From: Novakomyces olei
Taxonomy: Eukaryota
Assembly (NCBI GenBank): GCA_016906335.1
Contig: JADEYG010000015.1
Coordinates: 620,001-684,000 of the forward strand
Reading direction: 5' to 3'
DNA: 64,000 nt
Positions within the stretch are counted from its first letter, which is position 1. Every line of letters begins with the position of its first letter. The position numbers were made by a program, and so were the translations under genes. Below, piece after piece: positions 62,731 through 64,000 of the stretch. The notes beneath the pieces were generated by a model. It was given only the letters and a program-made list of their open reading frames with translations. It had not been told where the DNA came from and searched no databases.

Positions 62731-63537
62731 TCACACTTTTTTAAATTTGTACCGAAACTGTTCAAGGGCGGCAATGGATTTCCGACCGTCTATAACTTGC
62801 CGGCACGACTCGCCCACAATAACAAGAGCCAAAGGTACTGTCCATGCTGACAGGGCCAGTATATACTCGACACGCTCATGTCGGACTTTGAGGTGCCCAA
62901 GGCACACAACAGCCATGAGTAAAAGAACCATGGCCAGCAAAATGTTCAAGTAAGGCAAAAACTGGCGAATAGGCCCGGCCCCATAGCTTTTTTCACTCCC
63001 ACGTTCGAGGTAAAATACGACAAACAGATTTATTGTTATATTGCTCAAAGCCAAAAACGAGAGCTTTGCCTGAACTGCGAGAGGTAGTTCTCCGCATATT
63101 GTACGTACGAAAATAGGCCTTAATGCCGCCACAAACAATACAGAAATAATCGCCAATAACCACTTGATCATAATCAGTCGCTTGTTAAATTTCACAGTTC
63201 TACTTACCCTATTGCGGTGGTATTGCCGCTCATTCTGAGCCTTGAGCGTGGCGATTAAAGCTTCCTGCTCTGATTACTAGTAAGCAAGTGGAAGGATACC
63301 AGGATAGATTCGAGCTTTACATCTAAAAAAATTCAAAAATCAAATCAAAAAATAATTCAAAAATAATTCAAAAATAATTCAAAAATAATTCAAAAATAAA
63401 AATAAAAAAAAATTTAAAAAAAATGGAAATAGAAATTAAAAGAAAAGCCTACCATTCTCGTCTAGCAGTGTTTCCTCTGTGGTTTCCGGGCCGCTGGCAG
63501 ATTCGACGTGAGCTCTTGCGCGCAAAAAGCTCCGCAT
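62731..63537 (-). CDS. Small multi-TM fungal protein, function unknown
   Basis: Spliced N-terminus LLDEN|EQEALIATLKAQNERQ, about four hydrophobic segments, C-terminus IAALEQFRYKFKKV; start and exon borders tentative. Confidence 0.6.
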
Positions 63538-64000
63538 CCCAAACCTTTAATCATCAATCAATGTACGTAGTATGTGCGAATATTACATATTATTCGTGCC
63601 GTAAGCTTTTCCAAAGTCGATCATATATAATATTACAAGATTATACAATTATATATTATAGAATTTTATGATAAAATAAAAATAAATTAAAAATAAAAGT
63701 AAATATATATTCTATAGCGATAAACACAGCGATAGTCGCGTATATTATAATAGGCAGTCCTTTAACATCGCAGTCGGTTTTATATGGCAAAAGAAATGTA
63801 CGGCCTCCACGAATGAAAGGCTGGATATCGACACGGGTGGAGGCGCCGTTTGTGAATCACGCATTTGTTGGAGGCTTCAGCTATGACGCTTCGCGAAAGT
63901 GGTACTTTCCGCTGAAATGTAAGCTTCAATGCCGTTTATACGTAAATTGCTATTGTCTCCGCGTCACTCATTGGCTGCCTTTGTACTGTATACTTATCAT

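Overview
Gene-dense fungal nuclear DNA with short GT-AG introns and AT-rich intergenic spacers. The gene content suggests a Taphrinomycotina-like ascomycete other than Schizosaccharomyces pombe (inference): it carries the S. pombe-type fusions pdf1 and Cfd1-Cia1 plus a TSC2-like gene, but also PHO81. About 21 host genes can be assembled: TSC2-like (partial), CSE1, MTO1, UPS2, NEM1, PAB2/SGN1, RSP5, pdf1, CFD1-CIA1, SWC4, SPC25, PHO81, ECT1-CDC8, two single-pass membrane proteins, an Alba-like protein, CRM1, MRPL9, CUE5, a Pirh2-like E3, APD1 and a small membrane protein. Most notable: (1) three two-protein fusion genes within 16 kb, including an ethanolamine-phosphate cytidylyltransferase / thymidylate kinase (Ect1-Cdc8) fusion I do not know to be described; (2) the PPT1-DOLPP1 fusion exists only through an intron that hides a stop codon, next to a KR cleavage site; (3) a candidate spliced 23-aa microprotein gene; (4) an intact, very recent Ty1/copia element 53 bp upstream of MRPL9 and a solo LTR, both in divergent promoters; (5) a ~1.8 kb structured region with no recognisable ORF, a candidate long ncRNA. 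All family calls come from motif recognition by eye; no database searches were run.
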